Numbered from the stretch's first letter, positions 1 to 11,723 are shown. The stretch is DNA of 64,000 bases from an uncultured Acidobacteriota bacterium (GCA_963844845.1 CAWJPW010000003.1:723968-787967), one strand, 5' to 3'. Notes: generated from the letters alone by a model not told the origin. Translations and numbers: made by a program.

Positions 1-2
1 AG

Positions 3-1103
3 GGCCGCGAGCGCGCGGGGGCGGTCCTCGAACCCGACCCTCCGCCGGCGGCCGCCGCCGCGGGCCGGCGGGCGGTCCTCGATGCCATGGACCCGCCGGC
101 GCCCACCCGGGAGCTCGGGCCCTACCACGGCCTGCTGGGGCCGGGAGCGGCCGGCGAGCCGCCGGAGCCGGTGCCGGTCACCCGGCTGGAAGCCATGGCG
201 GCGTGTCCGTTCCAGCTCTTCGTCACACGGGTTCTCGGCATCGTCCCCGCTCCCGACCCGCTGCTGGTGCTGCCCTCCCCGGACGCGCGCCTGGTGGGGT
301 CGGTGGTGCACGCGGTGCTGGAGCGGGTGGTGGAGGCGGGCCGCGACTGGCCGGCCGCCGCAGTGATCGAGGAGTGGCTCGCCTGCGAGGCGGTGACGGT
401 GGCCCGTCGCGAGGGTCTCGCCCTGCCGGCGCTCGCCCCCCTGCTCGCCGCCGGCGCCCGCCCCTTCCTGGAGGTCGCACGCCGCGTCGACTGGCCGGAA
501 GGCCGGGGACCTGAGCTGGCGCGGGGCGAGGTCAACGGCGAGGCGATGGTGGCCGGCGCGCGGGTGAGATTCCGTGCCGACCGCGTCGACGGCGCCGGCG
601 AGGCCCGGGTGCTCACCGACTACAAGACCGGCAAGCCGTTCGCGGACCAGAAGAAGGAGGCGGTCCGGCAGGCCAAGCTGCTGGCCCAGGTGCGGTCGGG
701 AGGCCGGCTCCAGGCTGCGGTGTACGCGGCCGCAGCCGGCCCCGGGGGAGCTGGGCGCTACGTCTTCCTCGGCGGGGGCGACCGCTTCGGCCCGGAGCAG
801 CGGGAGCTCATGGCCGGAGGCGACGACGCCGAGGTGCGTGAGGCCCTCGAGGAGGCCGTGGCGGTCCTCCTGACGGCGTGGCGTGAGGGTGCCTTCGTGC
901 CGCGGGTGGAGGAGGCGGGCCGGTCCGTCACGAACCCGGCGTGCCACTGGTGTGCGGTGCGCGAGGCATGCCTGCGCAGCGACTCGGGGTTCCGCCGCCG
1001 GCTCGTGAGCTGGATGGACTCCCACCGGCCGGGCGCCGCGGACGGCGCCGCCGCGGCCGCGGCGGTGTGGTGGCTGGGCGCCCGTGGGGAGGTCGAGGGG
1101 TGA
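3..1103 (+). CDS. PD-(D/E)XK nuclease family protein, AddB-like (C-terminal part; 5' end outside window)
   Basis: The frame is open from nt 3, with no stop before the listed ATG at 87. Nuclease motif RFRADRVDG...VLTDYKTGKP. One upstream Cys (AACPFQLF) plus CHWCAVREAC (C-x2-C-x5-C), the Fe-S pattern of AddB-type nuclease domains. Stop TGA 1101-1103 overlaps GTG 1100 of the next gene. Confidence 0.75.
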   Translation, partial: GRERAGAVLEPDPPPAAAAAGRRAVLDAMDPPAPTRELGPYHGLLGPGAAGEPPEPVPVTRLEAMAACPFQLFVTRVLGIVPAPDPLLVLPSPDARLVGSVVHAVLERVVEAGRDWPAAAVIEEWLACEAVTVARREGLALPALAPLLAAGARPFLEVARRVDWPEGRGPELARGEVNGEAMVAGARVRFRADRVDGAGEARVLTDYKTGKPFADQKKEAVRQAKLLAQVRSGGRLQAAVYAAAAGPGGAGRYVFLGGGDRFGPEQRELMAGGDDAEVREALEEAVAVLLTAWREGAFVPRVEEAGRSVTNPACHWCAVREACLRSDSGFRRRLVSWMDSHRPGAADGAAAAAAVWWLGARGEVEG

Positions 1104-4100
1104 CGGCGGCGGCGGACCCCCGGGCGCTCGACCGCACTGCGCGGGCGGCCGCCCAGCGCGAGTTTCGCCGGCCGCTGGCGGTGGAGGCGGGCGCCGGCAC
1201 CGGCAAGACCAGCATCCTGGTGGCGCGCATCCTCGCCTGGAGCCTCGGCGACGGGTGGGCAGCGGCGGCCGACGAAGGCGATGCCGACGCCGTGGCGGCG
1301 CGGGTCCTCGAGGGTCTGGTGGCGATCACCTTCACCGAGGCGGCGGCGGCAGAGATGGCCACCCGCGCCGCCGAGGGGCTGCGCACGCTGGAGCTCGGCG
1401 AGGTGCCGCCGTGGCTCGACGAGAAGGCGCTGCCGGCCGCCGCCCCCCGCCGGCGGCGGGCACGGGCTCTCCTCGGGGCGCTCCACCGCCTGCGGGTGGG
1501 CACCATCCACTCGTTCTGCTCCGGTCTCCTGCGCCAGTTCCCGGTGGAAGCGGAGGTGGCGCCGGGTTTCACCGTGGACGCCGGCGGCGCACTCCTGGAC
1601 GACCTCGTCCGCGAGGTGGTCGAAGGCGGTCTGCGCGGCGCCTTCGCCGGCGGTGACCCCGCGCCGTGGCTGGCCCTGGCGGAAACCGGAATCGGGCCCG
1701 AGGGAGCGGTGCGGGCGCTGGTCGCCCTGGCCGGCGGCGGCGCCTCCAGCGACCTCCTCCGGGCCGACCCCTTCGCCGGCGGGGCGCGGTTCGCCCGGGG
1801 CCGACTGACGCGTGCGGTGGACGCGTTCGTGACGGCTGGCGGTGGGCGCCTGGCGACGGTGTCGCGAAGGTCCACCGTGACGCTCGAGACCGCGGACGCG
1901 GTGGCCACGCTCCCGGCTCGGCTCGAGGCTCTTCCCGACGACGACGGAATGGCGGGCTGGACCGCCCTCGCGGCCGTCGTGAAGTGGCTCGACTCGCGGG
2001 TCCTCAAGCGGATCTCGACCTGGGGCAACCGGCGCAGGAGGACCGACGACCGCTTCACGGGCTCCGAGGCGAAGGCCCTCGGCGACGCCCTCTCCGCCGT
2101 GGCGGAGGCGGCGGCCGACCTCGCCGGTCAGCTCCTGCACCTGAGCTCCCTCGATCCCCCTGCTCTGGACGCCGCCCGGCGTGCCCTCGCCCCCATGCTC
2201 GCAGAGGTCACCAAGGCGCTGCGCCGTGACGGGGTGCTCACCTACCAGATGCTGCTGGCAGGTGCGGCGTCCCTCCTGGAGCGGCCCGGGATGGCGGCGC
2301 GGGTGCGCCGCGGAATCCGCCAGCTGCTGGTGGACGAGTTCCAGGATACCGACCGGCTCCAGTGCGCGGTGGTTCGCCGGCTGGCGCTGGAGGGGCCGCC
2401 CGAGGAGCGCCCCGGCCTCTTCGTGGTGGGCGACCCCAAGCAGTCCATCTACGGCTGGCGCAACGCCGACCTCGCGGCGTACGAGTCTCTGGTGGGCGAG
2501 GTGGTGGCGGCGGGCGGCGAGCTCCACCACCTGGTGGTGAACTTCCGCTCGGTGCCGGCGGTGCTCGACGAGGTCGAGCGCGCGGTGGCGCCGGTGATGG
2601 TCCGCGAACCCCGGCTGCAGCCGGAGTTCGAGCCGCTGCTGGCGTGCGAGCACCGCGCCCGCGAGGCCGGCTTCACCGCCGCCGGGCGAGCGCCGCTGGA
2701 GTACTGGGTGTCATGGCCAGGGGAGAGCCCCGGTGACGGTCGGCGCGCCGAGGTGGTGGAGTTGGAGGCCCGATCCTTGGCCGCCGACCTCGCCGAGCTC
2801 CACGCCGCCGCCGGCATGCCATGGGGGGACGCAGCGGTGCTGCTGCGCTCCTTCGGCGACGTCGACACCCTGCTCCAGGCGCTGCGCGAGGCCGGGGTGC
2901 CGTACCAGGTGGCGCGCGATCGCGAGTACTTCCGCAGCCGCGAGGTCGCCGAGGCGGCCGCCCTGGTACGCGCGGTGCTCGACCCCGCCGACGAGCTCGC
3001 TTTGCTCACGGTGCTCCGCTCGGACACCGTGGGTGTGCCCGACGCCGCGCTCCGGCCGCTGTGGCGGGAGGGTCTGACGGGCGCCGCCGCGCGCCTCACC
3101 GGACCCGACCCCGACCTCCTCGCAACGGCGGCTGAGCGCGTGCGGCGGGCGGCGGCCGCAGTGCCCGCCGGCGTGTCGGGCCTCGACCTCGTGCCGGGGT
3201 GGGAGGCCTCGCTGCTGTGGGCGCTCCACGCCCTGGCGGAGCTGCGCCACACCTTCGCCACCGAGCCCCCCGACGTCTTCGTGGAACGGCTCCGTACCTT
3301 GTGGCTCGGCGAGGCCACCGCCGCCGCGCGCTACCTCGGCGGCTTCCGCCGGGCCCGCCTGGAGCGCTTTCTCGGCGACCTCGAGGAGATCCTCGCCGAC
3401 GGGCGCTCGCCGGCGGCTGTGGTCCGGACCCTGCGGCGGCGCATTGCCGAGGAGAGCGAGCTGGACGAGCCGGTGGTCCCCGAAGGCGACGTCGACGCCG
3501 TGCAGGTGATGACCATCCACGGCGCCAAGGGCCTCGACTTCCGCCACGTCTACCTTCTCGACCTGGACCGCGGGCCGGCCCCTGGGGGCGCCGTCTCCGC
3601 CGACGCGGAGCTGAAGGACGAGGCCACCCTCGCCTACAGCCTCTTCGGCTGGTCGACGCCGGCCGCCCTGGCGGCGGCGGAGGACGCGGCCAGAGTCGAG
3701 GCTGCCGAGCGCGTGCGGCTCCTGTACGTCGCCATGACCCGCGCCAAGGACCGGCTCGTGCTGGTTGGGCGGTGGCCGGCCGTGCTCCCGGACACCGCCC
3801 CGTCGGGCGCCCGCACCATGCTCGACCTGCTGCTCCACCGCGGCAGCGCCGACGTGCTGGCGGTGGTGGACACCGGCGGGGTGCGCGACCCGTTCGGCGT
3901 CCTCTGGCGGCGGTGCGGCGGCTCCGGTGTGGTCGCCCCGCAGGAGGGCGATCGTCCCGCGGCGGAGCCTCCCCCAGCCGTTGGATCGGCCGAGCGGAGG
4001 GTTGCGCGGGTGCGCCAGGAACGACCACTGTCGGCCCCCGCCTCGGCAGAGGCCCATCGTCTGCTCGACGAGATCGAGGAGCCTGACGGCGGAGCGAGGG

Positions 4101-4663
4101 CGCCTCGAGGCAGCGGCGACGCGGAGCGTGGAATCGCCAGGGCGGCCGGCACGCTTGTGCACGAGGTCCTCGAGCACCTCGACCTCGCCGGCGACCTGGA
4201 GGCGCAGTGGGGGGCGGCTCGGGCAGCTGCACGTTCGCGTGAAGAGAGCGGCGCCGTGCCCAAGGGAACGGCGGCGAGGGTGGAGGAGATCCTTGGGCTC
4301 CTCGAGAGGGGCCCCCTCGGCACTCGGCTGGCCGGGCTCGCCGGAGCGGTTCTCGCCCGCGAGCTGCCGGTGTTGCTGCCGCCCGAGGGCGACGAGGGGC
4401 CGGTGGGCTTTGTGACCGGCGTCGTCGATCTCGTCTACCGCGACTCGGCAGGCGGCCTGGTGGTGGCCGACTACAAGACCGACCGGGTGAGTGCCGGCGA
4501 GGAGATCGCCGAGCGGGCGGCCGTCTACGCGCCTCAGCTCCGGCTCTACGTGCGGGCTCTGCAGGGAGCCCTCGATTTCCCCGAAGCGCCGCGCGCCGAG
4601 CTGTGGTTCCTGGCGGCGGGGGTGGTGGTGGAGGTGGCTGGCGCGGGGGGGCCAGGGGCGTAG
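1100..4663 (+). CDS. UvrD/Rep-family helicase with C-terminal PD-(D/E)XK nuclease (AddA/RecB-like)
   Basis: GTG 1100 is in frame with the 941 ORF and forms a GTGA overlap with the upstream stop. Walker A AGAGTGKTS follows about 30 aa later. Helicase motifs VDEFQDTD, VVNFRS, VMTIHGAKGLDF and YVAMTRAKDRL. C-terminal GVVDLVYRD...VVADYKTDR nuclease motif. Confidence 0.85.
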   Translation: MTAAADPRALDRTARAAAQREFRRPLAVEAGAGTGKTSILVARILAWSLGDGWAAAADEGDADAVAARVLEGLVAITFTEAAAAEMATRAAEGLRTLELGEVPPWLDEKALPAAAPRRRRARALLGALHRLRVGTIHSFCSGLLRQFPVEAEVAPGFTVDAGGALLDDLVREVVEGGLRGAFAGGDPAPWLALAETGIGPEGAVRALVALAGGGASSDLLRADPFAGGARFARGRLTRAVDAFVTAGGGRLATVSRRSTVTLETADAVATLPARLEALPDDDGMAGWTALAAVVKWLDSRVLKRISTWGNRRRRTDDRFTGSEAKALGDALSAVAEAAADLAGQLLHLSSLDPPALDAARRALAPMLAEVTKALRRDGVLTYQMLLAGAASLLERPGMAARVRRGIRQLLVDEFQDTDRLQCAVVRRLALEGPPEERPGLFVVGDPKQSIYGWRNADLAAYESLVGEVVAAGGELHHLVVNFRSVPAVLDEVERAVAPVMVREPRLQPEFEPLLACEHRAREAGFTAAGRAPLEYWVSWPGESPGDGRRAEVVELEARSLAADLAELHAAAGMPWGDAAVLLRSFGDVDTLLQALREAGVPYQVARDREYFRSREVAEAAALVRAVLDPADELALLTVLRSDTVGVPDAALRPLWREGLTGAAARLTGPDPDLLATAAERVRRAAAAVPAGVSGLDLVPGWEASLLWALHALAELRHTFATEPPDVFVERLRTLWLGEATAAARYLGGFRRARLERFLGDLEEILADGRSPAAVVRTLRRRIAEESELDEPVVPEGDVDAVQVMTIHGAKGLDFRHVYLLDLDRGPAPGGAVSADAELKDEATLAYSLFGWSTPAALAAAEDAARVEAAERVRLLYVAMTRAKDRLVLVGRWPAVLPDTAPSGARTMLDLLLHRGSADVLAVVDTGGVRDPFGVLWRRCGGSGVVAPQEGDRPAAEPPPAVGSAERRVARVRQERPLSAPASAEAHRLLDEIEEPDGGARAPRGSGDAERGIARAAGTLVHEVLEHLDLAGDLEAQWGAARAAARSREESGAVPKGTAARVEEILGLLERGPLGTRLAGLAGAVLARELPVLLPPEGDEGPVGFVTGVVDLVYRDSAGGLVVADYKTDRVSAGEEIAERAAVYAPQLRLYVRALQGALDFPEAPRAELWFLAAGVVVEVAGAGGPGA

Positions 4664-4667
4664 GGCG

Positions 4668-6668
4668 TCAGCTGTGGCCTGCCGCCGGCCGGAGCCGCTC
4701 GAACATGACTCCCACCGCGCACGGCTCGGCACCGCGGGCAGGTCGTCCCGATGCCGGGGCGAAGCGGAGCCAGAGGCGGGGGAGCCCCGCGAGGTTGCCG
4801 AGCCGCGGCCACCCGGCAAGATCGACGCGGATGGGCTGCTCCGGCCGAGTCGTGGAGCCCAGGCAGGTGTAGCCGGACCAGCTCCGGCCGTCCGCCGAGG
4901 CGAGGACGGCCAGCGGGGCAGCTGACTCGTCCGACGAGGGTCGCTCGAAGGCCAGCGTCCCTGCAGCGTAGGCCGAGAGGTCGAACGGCCCCAGCACAAC
5001 CTCGCGACAGGCTCCGGAGCTGCCTTCCTCCGCGCAGGACGAGGTGCTCTCCATGGCTCCCCTGCTTCGGGAGTCGCTGGTCCAGAGGCTCAGCAGATCC
5101 TGGGCGGTTCGGGCGACGGCGCGTCCCCAGAAGGCACCGGCGGGCGGCGCCGGTGGCGTGGGCCCGGGTGGAGCGATGTCGAAGACGAGCACCGGCCCCG
5201 GGAGGGGGGCCACGGTCCGGTCGTCCGGGGCGGCGGCCGCTGCCGATCGCGCTCCCGCCACGACCGTCAGCTGCTTGAGGTGGTCGCTCGCGAAGCGGCG
5301 CAGCCACGAGTCGCGGCAGTACAGCTCGAGCGTCTCCGAGCCGTCCACCTTCCAGTGCGCACGAGCCGGCTCGGACACCGCCACCGCGAGCGGCTCGCTG
5401 GTGAGGATCGCTGCGGACGGCACTGCCCAGTCCCAGGTCACCTCCGCGTCGAGCCGGCCCTGGAGGCGGGCGAGCTCGACGAAGGGGATGAGGCGGCGAT
5501 CGGCGATGAGGTGGATGCGGCGCCCGTCCGCGAGCGAGGACGCGAGGCCGATGGCGCGCACCGCCGGCGACGGCTGCCGCCGGTACGGAGGCAGGTGCGG
5601 GAGGGTCACCGCGGCGAGCCCGACGATCAGGGCGGTGACCAGGCACGCGAACACCCGGCGGCCCGGGACCAGGTACGCCAGAGCGGCCACCACCAGCCCG
5701 CTGGTGAGGGCGAGGTAGGGGAGGACGTAACGCAGGGAGTCGGGGTTTTCGAGCAGGAGCAGGACGGCGATGACCGGGAGGAGAACCGCGGCGAGGAGGA
5801 GCGATGTCGTGGGGCGGCTGGCCGGGTGGATGAGGAGGACCACTGCGCCTCCGGTGGCGAGCGCGAGCCAGAGTAGGCCGAGCCACGGCGAGCCGAAGGC
5901 GGCGAGCGGGGCCAGCCCGCCGAGACCGGTGGAGTAGCGGGCAAGCTCCCCGAAGTGAGAGACGCCGTGGCGGCCGACCACCACCAGAAGCTCGGGCAGT
6001 CCTCCCATTCGCGCCGCGAAGTAGGCAACCACGGGGACGCCGGCCAGCGCCGGCACCAGCAGCGGCGCTGTTCGGCGCAGCATGCCGACGCCGCGGACCA
6101 CCTGAACGGCGCCAACGACGGCGACCACCGGCAGCCACTGGGGGCGGACCAGAACGCAAGCGGCGAGTGCCACGCTGGCGGCGAGGACCGCGCCGCGCGA
6201 GGGCTCGCGGCGTAGGAGAAGGGCCGCCGCTGCGAGGAGGAATGCAGTGGCAGCGGTGGTGGTGTAGGCGCGGCCGGCGAGGATCCAGGGCAGCGGGAGG
6301 GCACAGTAGAGGACTGCTGCCGCCACAGCCTGGCCGCGGGGGAGCACCAGGCGCCACAGGGCCACTAGGGGAAGGAACGTGAGCACCGACAGGGTGGCGC
6401 TGAGCAGGCGAAGGGCGAAGGCCGGATCCAGGCCGGGCCACACCGCCAGCACGGCGCGGCCAAGGCCGATCCAGAGTGGGAAGAAGGGTGGGTGCGGGTA
6501 GTTGTGCGCCGGCTCGAACACCAGCAGCGCGCGGGCGAAGATGGCCTCGTCGAGGTCCCAGATGGAGGCTGGGAAGGCCAGCCAACGGCTCACCGCGAGG
6601 AGAGCCAGCAGCGCGGTGAGCACGGTGGGCCAGCGCCAGTCGCGTGCGGTGGCGTCATGCTTCTCCAC
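4668..6668 (-). CDS. GT-C fold membrane glycosyltransferase (PMT_2 / family 39-83-like) with soluble C-terminal domain
   Basis: About 12 hydrophobic helices. DEAIF acidic motif in the first loop after TM1, typical of GT-C enzymes. A ~220-aa non-membrane C-terminus. The listed start at 6788 is a TTG directly abutting the sucD terminator hairpin, so GTG 6668 (VEKHDATARDWRWP before TM1) is preferred. The start is uncertain. Confidence 0.6.
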   Translation of the reverse strand: MEKHDATARDWRWPTVLTALLALLAVSRWLAFPASIWDLDEAIFARALLVFEPAHNYPHPPFFPLWIGLGRAVLAVWPGLDPAFALRLLSATLSVLTFLPLVALWRLVLPRGQAVAAAVLYCALPLPWILAGRAYTTTAATAFLLAAAALLLRREPSRGAVLAASVALAACVLVRPQWLPVVAVVGAVQVVRGVGMLRRTAPLLVPALAGVPVVAYFAARMGGLPELLVVVGRHGVSHFGELARYSTGLGGLAPLAAFGSPWLGLLWLALATGGAVVLLIHPASRPTTSLLLAAVLLPVIAVLLLLENPDSLRYVLPYLALTSGLVVAALAYLVPGRRVFACLVTALIVGLAAVTLPHLPPYRRQPSPAVRAIGLASSLADGRRIHLIADRRLIPFVELARLQGRLDAEVTWDWAVPSAAILTSEPLAVAVSEPARAHWKVDGSETLELYCRDSWLRRFASDHLKQLTVVAGARSAAAAAPDDRTVAPLPGPVLVFDIAPPGPTPPAPPAGAFWGRAVARTAQDLLSLWTSDSRSRGAMESTSSCAEEGSSGACREVVLGPFDLSAYAAGTLAFERPSSDESAAPLAVLASADGRSWSGYTCLGSTTRPEQPIRVDLAGWPRLGNLAGLPRLWLRFAPASGRPARGAEPCAVGVMFERLRPAAGHS

Positions 6669-6795
6669 GGGGCGAGTGTGGCACGGACTCGAGGAGAAGA
6701 GCGAGCAGCGCTCTATCGGCCAGAGGGCCGGCGCCGACGGCGTGTTCGCAGCAGCAACCAGGAGTACGCTGTGCCGGTGATGTGCCAACGAAGAA

Positions 6796-6817
6796 GGGCC
6801 CGGCTACTGCCGGGCCC
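6796..6817 (-). terminator. intrinsic-terminator-like hairpin after sucD
   Basis: On the minus strand: gggcccggc-agta-gccgggccc (perfect 9-bp GC stem, tetraloop) followed by ttcttcgtt. It lies 32 nt downstream of the sucD stop. Confidence 0.6.
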
Positions 6818-6848
6818 GCCCATCATACCTCCCCGCAGCTTCCTGCGG

Positions 6849-7727
<879 letters not shown>

Positions 7728-7737
7728 GACAGCCCCC

Positions 7738-8901
7738 TCACTTCCCGGCCACGGCCGCGACCACCTTCTGGGCAGCGTCGGCCATGCCGTCGGCCACGGT
7801 CAGATCGAGGCCGGACTCTGCCAGCAGCCGCCGGCCCTCGTCCACGTTCGTGCCCTGGAGGCGCACCACGAGGGGCACTTTGACCGACACCTCCTTGGCC
7901 GCCTCGATGACCCCTCGGGCGATCATGTCGCACCGCACGATGCCGCCGAAGATGTTGATCAGCACACCCTTGACGTTCTCGTCCGAGAGCAGGATGCGGA
8001 ATGCCGCGGAGACCCGCTCCTGGGAGGCGCCACCACCTACGTCGAGGAAGTTTGCGGGCTCGCCGCCGGAGTGCTTGATGATGTCCATTGTGGCCATTGC
8101 CAGGCCCGCGCCGTTGACCATGCAGCCGATGGTGCCGTCGAGCTTGATGTAGTTGAGGTCGTACTTGGACGCTTCGACCTCCAGCGGCTCCTCCTCGGCG
8201 AGGTCGCGCATGTCGACGATGTCCGAGTGCCGGAAGAGGGCGTTGTCGTCGAAGTTCATCTTGGCGTCCAGCGCGATCACCCGGCCGTCGGTGGTGGTGA
8301 TGAGCGGGTTGATCTCGGCCAGCGAGGAATCGGTGGCGGCGTAAGCCTTGGCCAGGGCAGCCATGAACTTGAGCCCCGACTTGAACGCGTCGCCCTCGAG
8401 CCCGAGGGCGAAGGCGAGATGCCGCGCCAGGTAGGGATGGAGCCCCACGTCGGGATCGAAGTGCGCCTTGACGATCGCGTTGGGGTCCTTGGCTGCGACC
8501 TCCTCGATCTCCATGCCGCCGTACTTGGAGGCCATCATGGCCGGAAAGCCCTCGGCGCGGTCGAGGACGATGCCCAGGTAGAGCTCGCGCGCGATGGGCA
8601 GAGCCTCCTCGACCAAGACCTTGTGGACGACCTTGCCCTCCGCCCCGGTCTGCTTGGTGATCAGGCGCATGCCGAGGATCTCCCGGGCGGCGGCCACCGC
8701 CGCGTCCGGCGAGTCCACCAGCTTGACACCGCCGGCCTTGCCGCGGCCGCCTGCGTGCACCTGTGCCTTGACCACAACCCGGCCGCCGAGCTTCTCGGCG
8801 GCGGTGCGCGCCGCCTCCGCATCGGTGACCAGGATCCCTCGTGGAACGGCCACGCCGAACCGCGCGAGGATCTCCTTAGCCTGATACTCGTGGACCTTCA
8901 T
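7738..8901 (-). CDS. sucC: succinyl-CoA synthetase subunit beta
   Basis: [20 protein letters not shown] at ATG 8901, preceded by GGGAGGAAG. ATP-grasp and ligase-CoA domains. The 8967 start would add 22 non-conserved residues. Confidence 0.97.
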   Translation of the reverse strand: MKVHEYQAKEILARFGVAVPRGILVTDAEAARTAAEKLGGRVVVKAQVHAGGRGKAGGVKLVDSPDAAVAAAREILGMRLITKQTGAEGKVVHKVLVEEALPIARELYLGIVLDRAEGFPAMMASKYGGMEIEEVAAKDPNAIVKAHFDPDVGLHPYLARHLAFALGLEGDAFKSGLKFMAALAKAYAATDSSLAEINPLITTTDGRVIALDAKMNFDDNALFRHSDIVDMRDLAEEEPLEVEASKYDLNYIKLDGTIGCMVNGAGLAMATMDIIKHSGGEPANFLDVGGGASQERVSAAFRILLSDENVKGVLINIFGGIVRCDMIARGVIEAAKEVSVKVPLVVRLQGTNVDEGRRLLAESGLDLTVADGMADAAQKVVAAVAGK

Positions 8902-9257
8902 GCTTCCTCCCGTGTGGCCCCGCCAAGCGGGTCGGGTTATTGTGCACGTTCCTTCACAAGCTGGCAACCGCAGGAGGCACGGGCGCGGCGTCGCGTCGCA
9001 TGACGCGCGCTGCGTTCTCGGGGCCAGTGGATGAGCGCGCGGGGGCGCTGCGGGCGTCGCCCGATCGGTACCCCTGCGGTGGTGGCGACGACTTTGCCCG
9101 AGAATGGTGACCTGCGGGTTGAACCCGTGAGAGCTGTGGGGATGCCTGCTCCTCTGGCAATCTCAGAACAGGTTTCTTTCGTGCTACGATCCCAGGTATC
9201 GGAGAGCTGGCAGGGTGAGTTTTCGACGAACGGGACGCGGCAGGCGGACGTTGAGCG

Positions 9258-11723
9258 GTGGATCGCGTGGCTGAGGCTCCGGGATCTGACTCCGGTGAGC
9301 ACAGGCGCGCCGGAGAGCTGGCGCGGGAGTACTTGACGCGCTGGCTCGGCGGTACGGCACCGGCCCCCGAGACGTTCATCGCCGAGCACCCGGCCGAGGC
9401 GGAGACGCTACGCCGCGAGCTGGGGGAGCTCGGCCTGCTGGACTCGGTGCGGGGTCGGGTGGACACCTCGGCCTTCCTGGCCGCCGATCCGGAGGTGCTT
9501 CCAGAAATCGAGGGCTACGAGGTTCTCGACGAGCTGGGCCGTGGCGGCATGGGTGTGGTGTACCGCGCCGTGCAGCTGGCCACGCACCGGCAGGTGGCGC
9601 TCAAGGTTCTCCTCGCCGGCCGCTTCTCGTCGCCCGCGGCTCGTCGGCGTTTCGCGCGCGAGACCGAGCTGGCGGCGCGGCTACGGCACCCCTCCATCGC
9701 GCAGGTGCTCTCCGCCGGCGAGACTGCCGGTCAGCCGTACTACGTCATGGAGTACATCGTAGGCGAGCGGCTCAGTGCATACCTCGGGCGCACGAAACCT
9801 GGGGTGCGCGGGGTCGTGGAGCTCTTCGCAGTGATCTGCAAGGCGGTGGAAGCGGCCCACGGCGAGGGCGTGATCCACCGCGACCTCAAGCCCGGCAACG
9901 TGCTCGTGGACGAGTCCGGGGCTCCCCACATCGTCGACTTCGGACTCGCCAAGCCGGCGTTCGAGACCGAGGGCTGGAGCGATCTTTCGAGCACCGGCGA
10001 GATCGTAGGCACGCTCGCGTACCTCTCGCCCGAGCAGGCCCGGGGTGACTCGCGGGCGGTGGACGGGCGAACCGATGTCTACGCACTGGGGGTCATGCTC
10101 TACGAGGCGCTCACCGGCCGTGTGCCGTTCGCAGTGCATGACAGTCCCTCCTCGGCCATCAGGAGAGTGCTGCACGATGTGCCGCCCGCACCGTCGGATC
10201 TGGCCCGCCACGTGGACCGTGAGCTCGAGGCGGTGGTGCTCACGGCCATGGCGCGGGATCCTGAGCGCCGTTACCAGAGTGCCGCTGAGCTGAGGGGGGA
10301 CCTCGTCCGCTACCTCGCCGGGGAGCCGGTTGCAGCGCGCCCGCACCGAGACCTCATGCGGTTACGGCTCTGGCTCGCGCGGCACCGCCGGGTTGCGGCG
10401 GCGGTGGCGCTCCTCGTCTTGGCGGTGGTGATCACAGAGCTGACCTCGATGACGCTGCAGCAGCGCCGGAACGACCAGGCGCGACACAGTGTGCTGACTT
10501 TTCAGCGTGCGTTGGAGCACCGGGGGGACGCAATGGCGTCCAGCGGTGTGTACGCCATCCACAGCCGCCACCCAGAACTGCAGGAGGCCGGCCTCCTGTT
10601 GGCCCAGGTGCTGTATCGAACTCCCGAGACCCGCGACGCGGCGGTGCAGGTCGTCGAGGAGGAGATCGCGGGCGGCCGGGCGCCTTGGGCGGCCCGCCTG
10701 CTGCGTGCCGACATGGCCCGCCGGGAGGGCGACCTGCAGATCGCTGCGCGGCTCCAGGCCGAGGGCGAGCGGGGCGCACCCGACACCAGCGAGGGGTGGT
10801 ACGTGAGGTCGTTCGCGACCCTTGACCGCAGCACGGCGGTGGCGGCGGCAGATACCGCCGTGCTGCGTGACCCGGAAAACCGACTTGCCTGGGAGCGGCT
10901 CGCGGGTCTGCGCGTCGAGGTGGGTGACTCCTCCGGAGCGCTAGCTGCTGCCGACCGGCTCATCGCTTTGGGCGAGCCGACGGTCGTATGGATGGTGTTC
11001 AAGGGGGAGGTCCTCGCGCAAAGCGGCCGCCTGGACGTCGCCCGCGAGGTCCTGGACAGAGCAATTCGGATAGATCCTCACGACCCGCAGGGCTACCGCG
11101 TTCGCGCCCTGGTGGCTCGTTTGCAGAACCGGCCCGGCATGGCGGTGGCCGACTACGACGAGACCATCCGCCGCGACCGCCCTGACCGCCCCCGCGTCTG
11201 GGACTACTTCCAGCGGGCGACACCGCGGTGGCAGCTGGGCCAGCGAACCGCTGCGCTTGCCGACCTCGAGCAGGTGCGAACGCGGCTTGGCCGCTCGTCC
11301 TTCGCCGACCTGCGGCGGGCGACTATTCTGCGGGAGCTGGGTCGGCGGCCCGAGGCGAACGCGCTTCTGGCCGACATTGCGACCACCGTAGGCGATGCCT
11401 GGCTGCGCGGACTGGCACGCTGCCTGGCCGGGGAGCTCTCGCCGGTGGACCTCATGGGGATGGTGGCGCCCAACGACCGGGAGCGTCGTTGCGAGGGGGC
11501 CTACTACGCCGGAGAGGCGTGTCTTGCTCGACGGGAGCTCGACGAGGCCCGCGATTGGTTCGAGGCGGTCGTCGCCACAGGTCTCGTGTTCGACCCCGAC
11601 GCGCTCCCGCTCACCCTGATGAACGAGTACGAGCTTGCGCGGTGGCGGCTGGCGACGGCCTTCGGCGAAGACCCCCATGCTCCCATCTCCAGCTGGGGCA
11701 AGGCAGGTGGGAAGGCGCCCTGA
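9258..11723 (+). CDS. Ser/Thr protein kinase with one TM helix and C-terminal TPR-like repeats
   Basis: GRGGMGVVYRA (G-loop), VALKVL, HRDLKPGNVLV, DFGLAK, GTLAYLSPEQ. TM helix VAAAVALLVLAVVITELTS. Helical repeats through to the C-terminus. GTG start; the exact start is uncertain. Confidence 0.9.
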   Translation: MDRVAEAPGSDSGEHRRAGELAREYLTRWLGGTAPAPETFIAEHPAEAETLRRELGELGLLDSVRGRVDTSAFLAADPEVLPEIEGYEVLDELGRGGMGVVYRAVQLATHRQVALKVLLAGRFSSPAARRRFARETELAARLRHPSIAQVLSAGETAGQPYYVMEYIVGERLSAYLGRTKPGVRGVVELFAVICKAVEAAHGEGVIHRDLKPGNVLVDESGAPHIVDFGLAKPAFETEGWSDLSSTGEIVGTLAYLSPEQARGDSRAVDGRTDVYALGVMLYEALTGRVPFAVHDSPSSAIRRVLHDVPPAPSDLARHVDRELEAVVLTAMARDPERRYQSAAELRGDLVRYLAGEPVAARPHRDLMRLRLWLARHRRVAAAVALLVLAVVITELTSMTLQQRRNDQARHSVLTFQRALEHRGDAMASSGVYAIHSRHPELQEAGLLLAQVLYRTPETRDAAVQVVEEEIAGGRAPWAARLLRADMARREGDLQIAARLQAEGERGAPDTSEGWYVRSFATLDRSTAVAAADTAVLRDPENRLAWERLAGLRVEVGDSSGALAAADRLIALGEPTVVWMVFKGEVLAQSGRLDVAREVLDRAIRIDPHDPQGYRVRALVARLQNRPGMAVADYDETIRRDRPDRPRVWDYFQRATPRWQLGQRTAALADLEQVRTRLGRSSFADLRRATILRELGRRPEANALLADIATTVGDAWLRGLARCLAGELSPVDLMGMVAPNDRERRCEGAYYAGEACLARRELDEARDWFEAVVATGLVFDPDALPLTLMNEYELARWRLATAFGEDPHAPISSWGKAGGKAP

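Noticed and set aside
941-1099. Listed upstream start (941) for the AddA-like gene.
   Set aside because: It would overlap the AddB-like gene by 160 nt and add Arg/Gly-rich residues. GTG 1100 gives a GTGA stop-start overlap and places Walker A at the usual distance.
758-2653. 631-aa ORF antisense to the AddB/AddA-like genes. Similar long ORFs: 2711..4999 -, 4546..6585 -, 3096..4232 -.
   Set aside because: The translations are Arg/Pro/Gly/Ala/His-rich with no motifs. They overlap genes with clear helicase, nuclease or membrane signatures. This is a typical open-frame artefact of roughly 70% GC DNA.
6669-6788. Listed TTG start at 6788 for the GT-C gene.
   Set aside because: The TTG directly abuts the sucD terminator hairpin, and the extra 40 residues are non-hydrophobic and unconserved-looking. 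GTG 6668 is preferred, but this is not proven.
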